A DNA stretch of 34,233 nt from Candidatus Hydrogenedentota bacterium (GTDB lineage: Bacteria > Hydrogenedentota > Hydrogenedentia > Hydrogenedentales > GCA-2746185): NCBI GenBank assembly GCA_046583315.1, contig JAYGCN010000179.1:1-34233 (forward strand), given 5' to 3'. Below the pieces are notes generated by a model. It did not search any database and had not been told where the DNA came from. It saw only the letters and a list, made by a program, of their open reading frames with translations. The translations under genes were made by a program, and so were the position numbers. The number at the start of each line of letters is the position of its first letter. Positions within the stretch are counted from its first letter, which is position 1. Below are positions 1 to 9,295 of this stretch, in pieces.

Positions 1-340
1 CCAGAAAACCTCTACTTATGAAATGTGCCGATTTAGGGGAAGCTTACAAATATCTCGTCCCTCAATTTGGATGGTAGTCGTCTCCAGATTTCAAGGGCTA
101 GACTCATCAACGTGTTCCGCTCAGTAGAACCTTGTTGTTCAGACGTTGTGCATTTCGACTGTCCCTGATTAGACAGGTATTCGACCAAGAGTGTCCCGAG
201 TGAATCCTTGATGCTCTCTACGGGATCATGATAAAGTCCAGTATTGAGGGATGATTGTCTATCTTTTGACGTTGAGTGTCCGCTTTCCTGCGGGCCAACA
301 CCATCGGAGGTCGGCGGTTCAATCCCGCTCATCTCCACCA
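1..340. mobile_element. Probable terminal segment (attR side) of an element integrated in tRNA-Ala, extending left out of the window
   Basis: Isolated tRNA 3' fragment, visibly lower GC than the flanking genes, and short direct repeats (GTTGTKC at 134 and 145; GAGTGTCC at 189 and 274). No integrase is in the window, so this is inference. Confidence 0.5.
306..340 (+). tRNA. 3' fragment of tRNA-Ala (variable loop, T arm, 3' acceptor strand, CCA); not an intact tRNA; probable att site
   Basis: GG-AGGTC-GGCGG-TTCAATC-CCGCT-CATCTCC-A-CCA gives a canonical variable loop, a T stem-loop and the Ala-type CTCCACCA end (U70, discriminator A73). No D arm, NGC anticodon loop or GGGGATG 5' end lies at the expected position upstream. 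Confidence 0.85.
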
Positions 341-376
341 GTTTTGATAGATTGCATCGGAAAGGTAGATTTGGAA

Positions 377-1453
377 GTGTATACAGTGTCTTGCAGGTTC
401 GTTTACGGTTTACTGGTGATTTTCGTGGCAGCGGGATGCTCAAGCCGTGACGATAGCGATGAGCCGATTCCGGACGCTCAGTTCATGGTCGTGCTGCAGG
501 AGCACCTGGGCATTGAAGAGTCGGTGACGCCTGAACTGCTGGACGCTTCGAAGTTACAGACCTTGTATGCGGGCAATCGTGAAATTGAGAGCATTGAGGG
601 TATCCAACATGCGACGGAGTTGTTGCGTGTGGTGCTGGATGGTAATGCCTTGGTTAGTCTGGATCCGATGGAGACGTTGTCGAATGTCGTTAGCCTTTCT
701 GCAGAAGCGAATGGATTGAATTCTCTGGATGGCGTGAGAAATATGACATCGCTTGAACGACTGGATCTCTATGAGAACGCGATCGTGGAATTGAAGCCGC
801 TGGAGGAGTTGAGGGCACTTACTTTTCTAAGCCTGGATTCGAATCGTGTTGAAGACATCGCCTCCCTGGCCTATCTGACCAATCTGGAGTCGTTGATGCT
901 CTTCGATAATCACGTAACGAACCTTGAACCGCTTAGCAAACTAACCAAGCTCAAACTTCTGGATCTGGATGCGAATCAAATCAGGGATGTTTCGGTACTG
1001 GCGACGCTCCCTCAGCTTGAGGATGTGGATCTGAGTTATAACAAGCTGGTGGACGTATCCCCGTTGGCATATCTGGTGAATCTGCGTGCACTCAATCTGG
1101 ACAATAATAACATTAACGATCTTGACTGGGTACGGCCGTGTCAACATCTTAAAGAACTCACCCTCAGTAACAATCGTCTGATCGACATTTCGCCCTTGGC
1201 CGATATGAACCATCTGGAGTCGCTGGAACTCTCCATAAACAACATCCAAGATATAACTCCCTTGGCCAAATTAAAGAATCTCAGGATTCTGGCGTTGGTC
1301 GATAATGAGATAACCGATCTTTCTCCCTTGGTAAAACGGGCCATGGTAAAACAGGGTGGGCGTTTGATTGTCTCGGGAAATCCATTGACTCAGGAGACCA
1401 TTGAACGTGACATTCCGGCACTGCGCGCGCGCGGGATCGAAGTTATTTATTAG
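377..1453 (+). CDS. Leucine-rich-repeat (internalin/SDS22-like) lipoprotein
   Basis: 12 consecutive 22-aa LxxLxLxxNxIxxxxPL repeats with a C-terminal cap (LIVSGNPL...RARGIEVIY). Signal peptide with lipobox VAAG-C. Start moved from 251 to the GTG at 377 because the ORF-track N-terminus crosses the tRNA fragment. Confidence 0.85.
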   Translation: MYTVSCRFVYGLLVIFVAAGCSSRDDSDEPIPDAQFMVVLQEHLGIEESVTPELLDASKLQTLYAGNREIESIEGIQHATELLRVVLDGNALVSLDPMETLSNVVSLSAEANGLNSLDGVRNMTSLERLDLYENAIVELKPLEELRALTFLSLDSNRVEDIASLAYLTNLESLMLFDNHVTNLEPLSKLTKLKLLDLDANQIRDVSVLATLPQLEDVDLSYNKLVDVSPLAYLVNLRALNLDNNNINDLDWVRPCQHLKELTLSNNRLIDISPLADMNHLESLELSINNIQDITPLAKLKNLRILALVDNEITDLSPLVKRAMVKQGGRLIVSGNPLTQETIERDIPALRARGIEVIY

Positions 1454-1824
1454 CGGCAATCCTCGTCGCGATGTACGGTATCGGGGGAGAAAGCGGGTAG
1501 GCACACGGCGATGTATTCGGCCCCGTCTTCACCGGGTGTTGAATAGCGAATCCACTCTCCCTTGTTGACGGTAATGGCCTGCCCTGCAGATACGACAAGG
1601 GTTTCGCCGCCTTCTGTCTCGATATGCAGCGCGCCGATGAGAACAACGGTGTATTCGTCGAATTCGGGGCGTTGTCCGGGCTCTTCCCAGCCTTGAGGGC
1701 TCTGCATGCGGGCGATGCTGAGGCTGTCGTTTTTCGAATTCACGTATCCGATGAACTCCTGGATTATTTTTGGTTTGGTACCGGCGGCTTCGATAACGGT
1801 CGGGGCGGGGTTCAAGATGGGCAT
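1450..1824 (-). CDS. Cupin-domain protein (EutQ-like)
   Basis: Cupin motifs WEEPGQRPEFDEYTVVLIGALH and GEWIRYSTP...YIAVCLPAFSP. AGGAG RBS upstream of the ATG at 1824. Confidence 0.85.
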   Translation of the reverse strand: MPILNPAPTVIEAAGTKPKIIQEFIGYVNSKNDSLSIARMQSPQGWEEPGQRPEFDEYTVVLIGALHIETEGGETLVVSAGQAITVNKGEWIRYSTPGEDGAEYIAVCLPAFSPDTVHRDEDCR

Positions 1825-1902
1825 GGGCGAACTCCTGATGGTCGTTTGCAAACAAGTACCGGAATTGCTCACCGAGGTTCCCGAAATTCATGACGAGCTG
1901 CG

Positions 1903-3777
1903 TTATTTCCCGCTCAGGTAGAGTTGGGCTCGCTGTTTGAGCGAGAAGGAAGTGTCAGTGGTGACGACATCACGGAATCGCGTGCCTTTGAAGGTCGCGC
2001 CTTCGGTATTCACATCGGTCATATTGGATCGGGAAAGGTCGGCACCTTCGAACTGGGAGTCGGTGATTTTCGCCTTGGTAAAATCTACGCCGGTCATGTT
2101 TGCCCTGGATGCATCCACTTGTAAAATGTAGGAACCGGAAAGATTTGCCCCGGCGAAGTTGGTGTCCTGAAGATTGGCTTTGAGAAGATTGGAGTTCGAG
2201 ATGTCTGCCTCTTGAAGAGAGGATCCTGAAAGGTCACTTTTCTCGAGATTGGCTTTGACGAGGATGGCCGATTGCATATCGGACTGAAGAATCTTCGCAC
2301 CGCGTATTTTGGCTCCGGATAAGTCCGCTTCGTTGAAACGGCAAAAGGAGATGTCGACGTAATCAAGATTGGCACCGCGCAGGTTGGCTCCACGAAAATC
2401 GGCGCCGCGAATATCCGCTTGACGCAGGTCCGCGCCTTCCAGGTTTGCTTCCTCAAGATTCGCCCCCATCAGTTTTACACCTTTCAGACTGGCCCCGGAG
2501 AGGTTCGCTCCGAGGAGATTGGCTTCTGACATGTCAACACCACGTAGGTCGGCGTTCACCAGGTTTATGTTCATGAGCTGGGCGTTATGGAGGTCTGCGC
2601 TACGCAGATCAACCGCGTTGAGGGCGATATTGGAGCCTGCGTTGTCTTCCTGCCAGGCATTCCAGACGCCGAGACCCTGATCGAGAATGGTAAGGGGGCT
2701 TTTGATCACGGCGCCTTGGTCTTTGACGTATTGGGTGAAGCCTTTGGGGGCGAGTCGCACGCCGGTAACGTCGGCACCGGTCAGTTTCATGGTGTCCCAA
2801 TGTACAATTTTATACACCTTAGCGGCGATAAGGGAGGCCCTTTGCGCATCGAAGTTCTTGACGCTCGCCTCGGAGAGTATGACGCCAACCGCGTGGGCAC
2901 CGACCATCCGGGCATCATCAAGGATCGCTTTATCCAGTCGTGTCGTTGTCAGGGTAGCTTCAAAGAGGTCAGCGCCTGTCAAATCAGCCCCGATGAAGTT
3001 GGCTTCGGTCAGGTCAGCATCGACCAGACGCGCCTTGCGCAGTTTGGCTTGTTGAAAGTTCATTCCTCGAAGGTTGACCCCTTCAAAATTCACTTCATCG
3101 AGTATCGCATTGCCGAAGATGGAGTCCTGTAGTTTTGTTTGTGAAAAATCGACTTTTGTCAGATCAGCAGCATTGAAGTCACATGATTTAATGACCGTTT
3201 CGTTGAAACTGCAGGACAGCATATTGGCCATCGCGAAAATGGATACTTCAATCAGAGTGCCGTGAAACTTCGTGTTGGAGAGATCGACACCGGTGAAATC
3301 ACATTCGTTCAGTTTGGCCTCGGTAAAATTGACGTTACGCATGATGGCACCCGCCAATTTTTGGTGGTGGAGCATTACGCTGGTCATGGTGGCGTCGGAA
3401 AAATCGGCCGATTCGAGGGCGAGCCCGTTTAGGGTGGCACTGGAGAGGTTGGCCCCGCGCAGATTGGTGTTGGACAGGGTCACGTAGCCGAGGTTGGAAT
3501 TCTGCAACTGGGCACCCTGCATAAACACGTCGGTCAAGTCGCAATTGCGCAGGTCAGCCCTGCGCAGATCGGCATGGTCGAAATTCGCCTGGGTAAAGTC
3601 AACCCCGTTCATCACCGTTCCGACCAAGTTGGCACCGATCAAATTTGCGCCGCGCAACTCGAAGCCGCGCAGATCCGCATCGGAGAGATCCGGTGTGAGA
3701 TCCATGTCTTCTTCACGCCAGGAATTCCAAGCGGCAACGCCTTGGCCCAATCGATTAAGATGTTGATCTTTTGCCAT
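1903..3777 (-). CDS. Pentapeptide-repeat protein with two repeat modules
   Basis: A(D/N)LxxA(N/D)L pentapeptides over almost the whole length and two GxxxWNxW cap motifs. Start taken at MAKDQH (ATG 3777). Confidence 0.92.
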   Translation of the reverse strand: MAKDQHLNRLGQGVAAWNSWREEDMDLTPDLSDADLRGFELRGANLIGANLVGTVMNGVDFTQANFDHADLRRADLRNCDLTDVFMQGAQLQNSNLGYVTLSNTNLRGANLSSATLNGLALESADFSDATMTSVMLHHQKLAGAIMRNVNFTEAKLNECDFTGVDLSNTKFHGTLIEVSIFAMANMLSCSFNETVIKSCDFNAADLTKVDFSQTKLQDSIFGNAILDEVNFEGVNLRGMNFQQAKLRKARLVDADLTEANFIGADLTGADLFEATLTTTRLDKAILDDARMVGAHAVGVILSEASVKNFDAQRASLIAAKVYKIVHWDTMKLTGADVTGVRLAPKGFTQYVKDQGAVIKSPLTILDQGLGVWNAWQEDNAGSNIALNAVDLRSADLHNAQLMNINLVNADLRGVDMSEANLLGANLSGASLKGVKLMGANLEEANLEGADLRQADIRGADFRGANLRGANLDYVDISFCRFNEADLSGAKIRGAKILQSDMQSAILVKANLEKSDLSGSSLQEADISNSNLLKANLQDTNFAGANLSGSYILQVDASRANMTGVDFTKAKITDSQFEGADLSRSNMTDVNTEGATFKGTRFRDVVTTDTSFSLKQRAQLYLSGK

Positions 3778-3855
3778 GTTACAGGAATAAAGCCTCAAGA
3801 AAATTTTTTTCGATAATACAATGCTGGGAACGAAAAAACAAGGTCAAGCAATGGG

Positions 3856-4956
3856 TTATACGTTAAACCGGAAATGCATGATATCGCCGTCTTGAACGAT
3901 GTACTCTTTGCCTTCGACGGAGAGATCGCCGGCGGCTTTTGCCGCGCTTTCGGAGCCGTGCCTCACGAATGTCTCGTAAGCGATGACTTCGGCCCGAATA
4001 AAGCCGCGCTCGAAGTCGGTATGAATAACCCCGGCGGCCTGCGGCGCGGTCCAGCCTTCTTCGATGGTCCATGCGCGGACTTCTTTGACCCCGGCGGTGA
4101 AATAGCTGATGAGTCCGAGCGCATCGTAGCCCTTGCGGATAACCTGTTCAAGGCCGCTTTCTTCGGCACCCATGGATTGGAGAAATTCCATGCGTTCTTC
4201 CTCACTGATTCCGGCCATTTCTTCTTCAACTTTGGCGCAGAGCTTGACGAGCTCGGCGTTTTGCTCTGTGGCGATCTCGCGTAGCTGCGTCACGTAAGCA
4301 TTGTCTTCGGCCAGGCCGTCTTCGTCCACATTGGCCGCGAAAATGACTTTTTTGGCGGTAATGAGCCGTAGTTCTTCTTCGAGTGTGAGAAATGCATCGG
4401 ATTCGCGCTCGTCAAATCCGGAGGCTGGATTCCCTTCATTCATGTATTCGTTAAGTCGGGTCGCTGTATCAAACAAGGGCTGAAGTTTTTTGTCGCCTTT
4501 AACTTGTCGGCTGAGACGATCGAGTTTTCGCTCGATTTGTTCGATGTCGGCCATGATGAGTTCGGTGTTGATGATGGCGACATCGTTGCGCGGATCGGGT
4601 TTCGCGTTGATGTGAATGATGTTCTCGTCGTCGAAACAGCGCACGACGTGTACAACGGCTGAGGTCTCGCGGATGTTGCCGAGAAACTGGTTGCCGAGAC
4701 CTTCGCCTTTGCTGGCACCCTCAACGAGTCCGGCGATATCGACAAATTCCACGGTGGCCCACTGAACGCGTTCGGGGCTGACCAGTTCGGCCAGCTTGTC
4801 GATGCGACTGTCGGGCAGGGGGACGATGGCCTTGTTGGGCTCAATGGTGCAGAAGGGGTAATTCGCGGCTTCGGCATTTTGTTCTTTGGTGAGCGCGTTA
4901 AAGGTTGTACTTTTGCCGACGTTGGGCAGACCTACGATTCCGATGCTAAGTGCCAT
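3856..4956 (-). CDS. ychF: Ribosome-binding ATPase YchF (Obg family)
   Basis: [36 protein letters not shown] and the C-terminal TGS signature ([14 protein letters not shown]...FRFNV). Confidence 0.98.
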   Translation of the reverse strand: MALSIGIVGLPNVGKSTTFNALTKEQNAEAANYPFCTIEPNKAIVPLPDSRIDKLAELVSPERVQWATVEFVDIAGLVEGASKGEGLGNQFLGNIRETSAVVHVVRCFDDENIIHINAKPDPRNDVAIINTELIMADIEQIERKLDRLSRQVKGDKKLQPLFDTATRLNEYMNEGNPASGFDERESDAFLTLEEELRLITAKKVIFAANVDEDGLAEDNAYVTQLREIATEQNAELVKLCAKVEEEMAGISEEERMEFLQSMGAEESGLEQVIRKGYDALGLISYFTAGVKEVRAWTIEEGWTAPQAAGVIHTDFERGFIRAEVIAYETFVRHGSESAAKAAGDLSVEGKEYIVQDGDIMHFRFNV

Positions 4957-4971
4957 GGTGCGGGTATTCCT

Positions 4972-6780
4972 CTATTCTTCCGGGGCGGATGGTTTTGGAT
5001 TCAACGTTAAACTAAAAATGGTGTGGCCTGCATGCGGTGCAGGGGGATCAACGATGGTAAACATATCGGGGGAGCCACTCGTGTGGAGCATGAGCAGCGG
5101 AATGGTCTGACCATCGTGGGTATCGAGAAATTGCTCATAAGTAAACTCGTCGGTTAGGGTCGTTTTCTTGATAGTGGCGCCTTGTTTGTAGAAGTCAAGC
5201 AGGTAGTCGTAGGTGCAGTCCTCAGAAAACAACGTACGCCCCCTGAGACTTGTGGACATTGAGTGCGCATCACGGTCTTCGGTCTGCTCGGAAACAAGCT
5301 GGAATACTTTGCTGCGACCGAGCGAGTTCTCGAAATGTTTGGAGATGAGCGCGTTGGTTTCTTCGTTGGGGGTGAGTGCCAGGCAACGACCGATTCCGCT
5401 GAGATCGAGCTCGTGTTTGGCACGATCGGAGAGCGCGCTGCCGTAGTGGACGCGTAATCCCTGCATTCGGGCTGCAGATACCGCCAGCCAGTTTGAATCA
5501 ACCATGAGTACGGGGATTTCGGCTTTGTGCAGTTCAGCGGCAAAGGCACGAGCCCAGGCACTGGCGCCGACAATCAGAAATCCTCTGGGGTCGGGCTCGG
5601 CGAGATCGAGTTTTCGGGCGACCAGCTTGGCGGTCAATCCGTAGGTAAGTACAGTTCCCACGATAACCATAAATGTGATGGTTGGCAGGACGGAGGCTTC
5701 GGCGTAGCCCTGTTCGCTGAGATGTATCGCGAAAATGGATGAAACGGCTGCGGCCACGATGCCGCGGGGCGCCATCCAGGCAAGAAATAGTCTTTCTTTC
5801 GTTGTCAATTTCGAACCCAGCGTCGCTACCAAAATGCTTAACGGGCGCACAACGAGAATGAGCCCGAGCACGAATACTATCGCGGTCCATGAGAGGTCTT
5901 GAATGCTTTCAAGATCAATCCTTGCGGCGAGTACGATGAAGAGACTGGATATCAACAGCACGCGCAGGTTTTCTTTGAATTCGACGATGTGATGGATGTT
6001 GGCCTGGTGCTGGTTGGCGAGCAGAATTCCCATGATGGTGGTGGAAAGCAGACCGGATTCGTGTTGCAAAACATTTGACGCGGTGAATACGGCAAGTACC
6101 ATCATCAGGGTGACGGGATTCTGGAGATTGTCGGGAATCCAATATCGCCGCAACATCTGAAGGAGGAACCAGCCGCCGAGTCCGCCAAATGCAACTCCAA
6201 TGACGATGGTTTTTAGAATGACGAGGGAAATCTGTAGTGTCGCGCCCCCCGCATCATGATGGGTCATCGCTTCAAACACGAGCAATGCCAGCGTCGCCCC
6301 GACGGGATCAATCAGAATGCCTTCCCACTTGAGTATCGAGGCGACGTTGCCTTTGGGTCGGATCTGGTTCAAAAGTGGAATGATCACTGTGGGGCCGGTA
6401 ACGATAAGAATCGCTCCCAAGAGGATAGCGAGATCGCGGGGCAACCCGAGGATGTAAACGCCCATCAATGCGGTGAGAAGCCACGCCACCGCTGGCCCGA
6501 CCACAATGATACTGAGCAGAACTTTTCCGATGGATCGCAGTTCCGCCAGCTTGAGGCTGAGTCCGCCTTCAAAGAGGATGAGCCCAACGGACATGGATAC
6601 GACTGGAAATAACAGATTGCCGAAGAGGGATTCAATGTCGAGAAGTCCAGTAACGCCGGCAAGAAAGCCTATGAACAACAAGAACAGGATGGAGGGTAGT
6701 TTCACGCGCCAGGAGAGCCATTGGGCACCGATACCAAGGACGGCAATCAGCGTGAGCCCTATAAGAGTCTGTTGATCCAT
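4972..6780 (-). CDS. NhaP-type (CPA1) cation:proton antiporter with C-terminal TrkA-N/RCK-like domain
   Basis: About 12 hydrophobic segments, ILFEGG, TGPTVI, WEGILIDPVG and APRGIVAAA motifs, and a soluble tail beginning LIVGASAWAR. Confidence 0.92.
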   Translation of the reverse strand: MDQQTLIGLTLIAVLGIGAQWLSWRVKLPSILFLLFIGFLAGVTGLLDIESLFGNLLFPVVSMSVGLILFEGGLSLKLAELRSIGKVLLSIIVVGPAVAWLLTALMGVYILGLPRDLAILLGAILIVTGPTVIIPLLNQIRPKGNVASILKWEGILIDPVGATLALLVFEAMTHHDAGGATLQISLVILKTIVIGVAFGGLGGWFLLQMLRRYWIPDNLQNPVTLMMVLAVFTASNVLQHESGLLSTTIMGILLANQHQANIHHIVEFKENLRVLLISSLFIVLAARIDLESIQDLSWTAIVFVLGLILVVRPLSILVATLGSKLTTKERLFLAWMAPRGIVAAAVSSIFAIHLSEQGYAEASVLPTITFMVIVGTVLTYGLTAKLVARKLDLAEPDPRGFLIVGASAWARAFAAELHKAEIPVLMVDSNWLAVSAARMQGLRVHYGSALSDRAKHELDLSGIGRCLALTPNEETNALISKHFENSLGRSKVFQLVSEQTEDRDAHSMSTSLRGRTLFSEDCTYDYLLDFYKQGATIKKTTLTDEFTYEQFLDTHDGQTIPLLMLHTSGSPDMFTIVDPPAPHAGHTIFSLTLNPKPSAPEE

Positions 6781-6939
6781 TGGTTGCGCGTGGTATCCCC
6801 GGGTTCGGCGTTGCGGAATCGGCTGTATGACAATCCCTGTGCGAATGGGCTATATTGTAACATGTTGTAGCGATGAATTGAATGAGCGCGTATGAGGTTT
6901 GACTTGGCGCGTTACCGGGATTGAAACAAGGAGAGAGAG

Positions 6940-7443
6940 ATGCAAAGCACTTACCGTGTGTTCGTTGGAGCGTTATGTTTGCTGGTCGCCTTTGGACTGA
7001 CCTTATCATCGGATACGGTCGTTGCGAAGACGAAATTTGAAGGTAACACCGTTACGCTTGAAGCGGCTGACCGTGTCATTGATGCAGCCATCAAGAAATC
7101 CGGCGAGTTGGGTGTGCTGATGAATATCACCGTGCTCGATGCGGGGGGAAATCTGAAGGCTTTCGCCCGTATGGATGGAGCCTTTTTGGGTAGCATAGAC
7201 GTATCCGCGGGTAAAGCGAAGACCTCAGTACTGTTCAATGCACCTTCGGGTGTTATCGGTTCGATGGCACAACCGGGCGGGGATTTGTACGGCATCGAAC
7301 GCTCGAACGGCGGATTGATCACTTTCGGCGGCGGATTCCCGCTTCATAATGCCAAGGGTGAATTGATAGGTTCTATTGGCGTATCGGGTTCCAGCGTTGC
7401 GAATGATGAGTTGGTTTCGCAAGCAGGGGTCGACGCGCTTTAG
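6940..7443 (+). CDS. Secreted GlcG/HbpS (DUF336) family heme-binding-like protein
   Basis: Signal peptide, then VLDAGGNLKAFARMDGA, KAKTS, FGGGFPL and IGVSG motifs. AAGGAG RBS. Confidence 0.9.
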   Translation: MQSTYRVFVGALCLLVAFGLTLSSDTVVAKTKFEGNTVTLEAADRVIDAAIKKSGELGVLMNITVLDAGGNLKAFARMDGAFLGSIDVSAGKAKTSVLFNAPSGVIGSMAQPGGDLYGIERSNGGLITFGGGFPLHNAKGELIGSIGVSGSSVANDELVSQAGVDAL

Positions 7444-9155
7444 TAACCGGTTGCGGCGTTGTTGCTCCGTGGATCGGGTGCGGCGTATATACCGTCGTCG
7501 CGAATCTCTAGCGCGTTGGCTTGACCGATGGAGGAACGTTCCTTTAGTTCGTGTCCAAGTGCCACGAGACGTTGGCGCGTGTCGTGTGTAAACGCGCGTG
7601 GTTCGTGAGTGACTACATCCGGCAGCCATTGTGAGTGGTGGCGTGGAGCGGAGATGGCTTCCTGAATATTCATGCCGTGTTCGTGGACATTCAGCAAAAT
7701 CTGGAGGACCGTCGTGATGATGGTGCTACCGCCGGGAGACCCTAGCGCGAGCCAGGGTTTGTTATCGCGCAGAACGATTGTGGGTGTCATGGAACTGAGC
7801 ATGCGTTTTCCGGGGGCGATGGCGTTGGCTTCGCTTCCTATGAGGCCATAAGCGTTCGGCGTGCCGGGTTTCGACGAAAAGTCATCCATCTCGTTGTTCA
7901 TCAGGAATCCCGCGCCGTCAATTACGATGCCCGAGCCGTAACCTGTGTTGAGTGTTGTGGTGATGGATACAAGGTTACCTGAAGCATCGGCTGCGGAGAA
8001 GTGAGTGGTTTCCTCAGATTCGTAAGCTGGGGGAGGCCCCGCACTGATTTCACTGCTGGGCGTGGCCTGTTCCAGATTGATGGTCGCGGCACGTTCGAGC
8101 GCGTAGCCTTTGGAGCCTAGCCATGCCAGGGGTACATTCCAGTAATCCTGATCGCCCAGATGGGCGGCTCGATCTGCATAGGCGCGGCGTTGAATCTCCG
8201 TGAGGATGTGGATGGTCTGCGCGGAATTCCATCCGGCTGTCTTGATATCGAACTGATCAAGCATATTGAGCATATGTACAAGCAGGATGCCGCCGGAACT
8301 GGGAGGCCCCATAGAAATAATGTCTACGTCCTTGTAAGACCCGCTCACAGCATCCCGATACTTCGAGCGATAATCAGCCAGATCGGATTCGGTGATAAGG
8401 CCACCGCTCGAAGCGTGCTGAGTAGCGAGTAATTCTGCAGTCGTCCCTTGATAAAATCCGTCTCGACCGTGGCGTGCGATTCGTTTCAGTGTACGGGCAA
8501 GGTCTGGCTGCACAAAACGATCTCCTGCTTTCCAGGGACGCCGTTCGGGGTGAAGGAAAATTTTTGATGCGCCGCTGTCTTTTTCGAAACGTGATCGGCC
8601 AGCGTTAAACGAGGCAGCTTCCTGTGCAGACAGATTGAATCCTTTTTTGGCGAGTCGAATGGCCGGGGCGATGAGGGCGCGTCTGGAAATCTTGCCGGAG
8701 CCGTGATCTTCCCAGATGCGCAACAGGCCATCGACGGATCCCGGTACGCCCGAGGCTTGCGGTGAACGCAGCGACATGCCGGGAATCACGTCACCCTTGG
8801 CATCAAGATACATGTCTTTGTGTGCGGCGGCCGGGGCTGTTTCGCGGAAATCGAGGGTGATGGCCTGACCCTGAGAATCGTAGGCGACCATGAATCCGCC
8901 TCCACCGACGTTTCCGGCTAATGGAAACGTGACGGCTAGCGCGAATCCTGTTGCTGCGGCAGCGTCGAAGGCGTTTCCGCCTTTGCGCATGATGTCCACG
9001 CCGACCTTAGAGGCCTGAATGCTTGCTGATACGACAGCGCCGTTTTCGTAGCGTTGAGGAGCGGGGGCAGCGGCCAGAGCGACCGATGAGGAACCTATTG
9101 TAGTAACAAGTAATAGACTGAGAAGAAGATGTTTGTAGCAATAGTGGCGTTTCAT
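7440..9155 (-). CDS. ggt: Gamma-glutamyltransferase (exported)
   Basis: GGNAFDAA, GGGGF, DFRETAP, catalytic Thr in ETTHFS, NNEMDDF, PGKRMLSSMTPT, GSPGG. Signal peptide present. Confidence 0.97.
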   Translation of the reverse strand: MKRHYCYKHLLLSLLLVTTIGSSSVALAAAPAPQRYENGAVVSASIQASKVGVDIMRKGGNAFDAAAATGFALAVTFPLAGNVGGGGFMVAYDSQGQAITLDFRETAPAAAHKDMYLDAKGDVIPGMSLRSPQASGVPGSVDGLLRIWEDHGSGKISRRALIAPAIRLAKKGFNLSAQEAASFNAGRSRFEKDSGASKIFLHPERRPWKAGDRFVQPDLARTLKRIARHGRDGFYQGTTAELLATQHASSGGLITESDLADYRSKYRDAVSGSYKDVDIISMGPPSSGGILLVHMLNMLDQFDIKTAGWNSAQTIHILTEIQRRAYADRAAHLGDQDYWNVPLAWLGSKGYALERAATINLEQATPSSEISAGPPPAYESEETTHFSAADASGNLVSITTTLNTGYGSGIVIDGAGFLMNNEMDDFSSKPGTPNAYGLIGSEANAIAPGKRMLSSMTPTIVLRDNKPWLALGSPGGSTIITTVLQILLNVHEHGMNIQEAISAPRHHSQWLPDVVTHEPRAFTHDTRQRLVALGHELKERSSIGQANALEIRDDGIYAAPDPRSNNAATGY

Positions 9156-9295
9156 TCGCGCATCCTGAAATTCTGTTGGTTTCGGAACGATTTGGATAAA
9201 TGGAGCGAATCATCGCTCAACTGATAAATGTGAGGTATACTATCAGAATAGACCCACACAAACCCCTCCTTAATTGCATTGGGCGAGGGTTGAAA

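Noticed and set aside
20..305. Group I intron interrupting tRNA-Ala (GATAAAGTCC at 230-239 resembles the S element; GATTTAGGGGAAGC near 30 resembles P)
   Set aside because: I found no matching P7 5' strand or Q element at suitable spacing, and no terminal G that would restore an Ala anticodon loop. A cmsearch with group I models plus the upstream sequence would settle it.
1..340. tmRNA 3' portion
   Set aside because: The T arm is preceded by the tRNA-type AGGTC rather than the tmRNA GAC linker, and no tag frame ending in an ALAA-like sequence is visible.
247..340. Complete atypical tRNA using AGGGATG (247-253) as the 5' acceptor strand
   Set aside because: It pairs 6 of 7 with CATCTCC, but the intervening sequence has no D arm or valid anticodon arm. 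Probably chance.
251..376. N-terminal extension of the LRR ORF in the ORF track
   Set aside because: It runs through the tRNA fragment and would bury the lipoprotein signal peptide.
1450..7443. Convergent stop-codon overlaps (1450-1453, 7440-7443; also 33362-33370)
   Set aside because: Common in compact bacterial genomes, with no evidence of special function.
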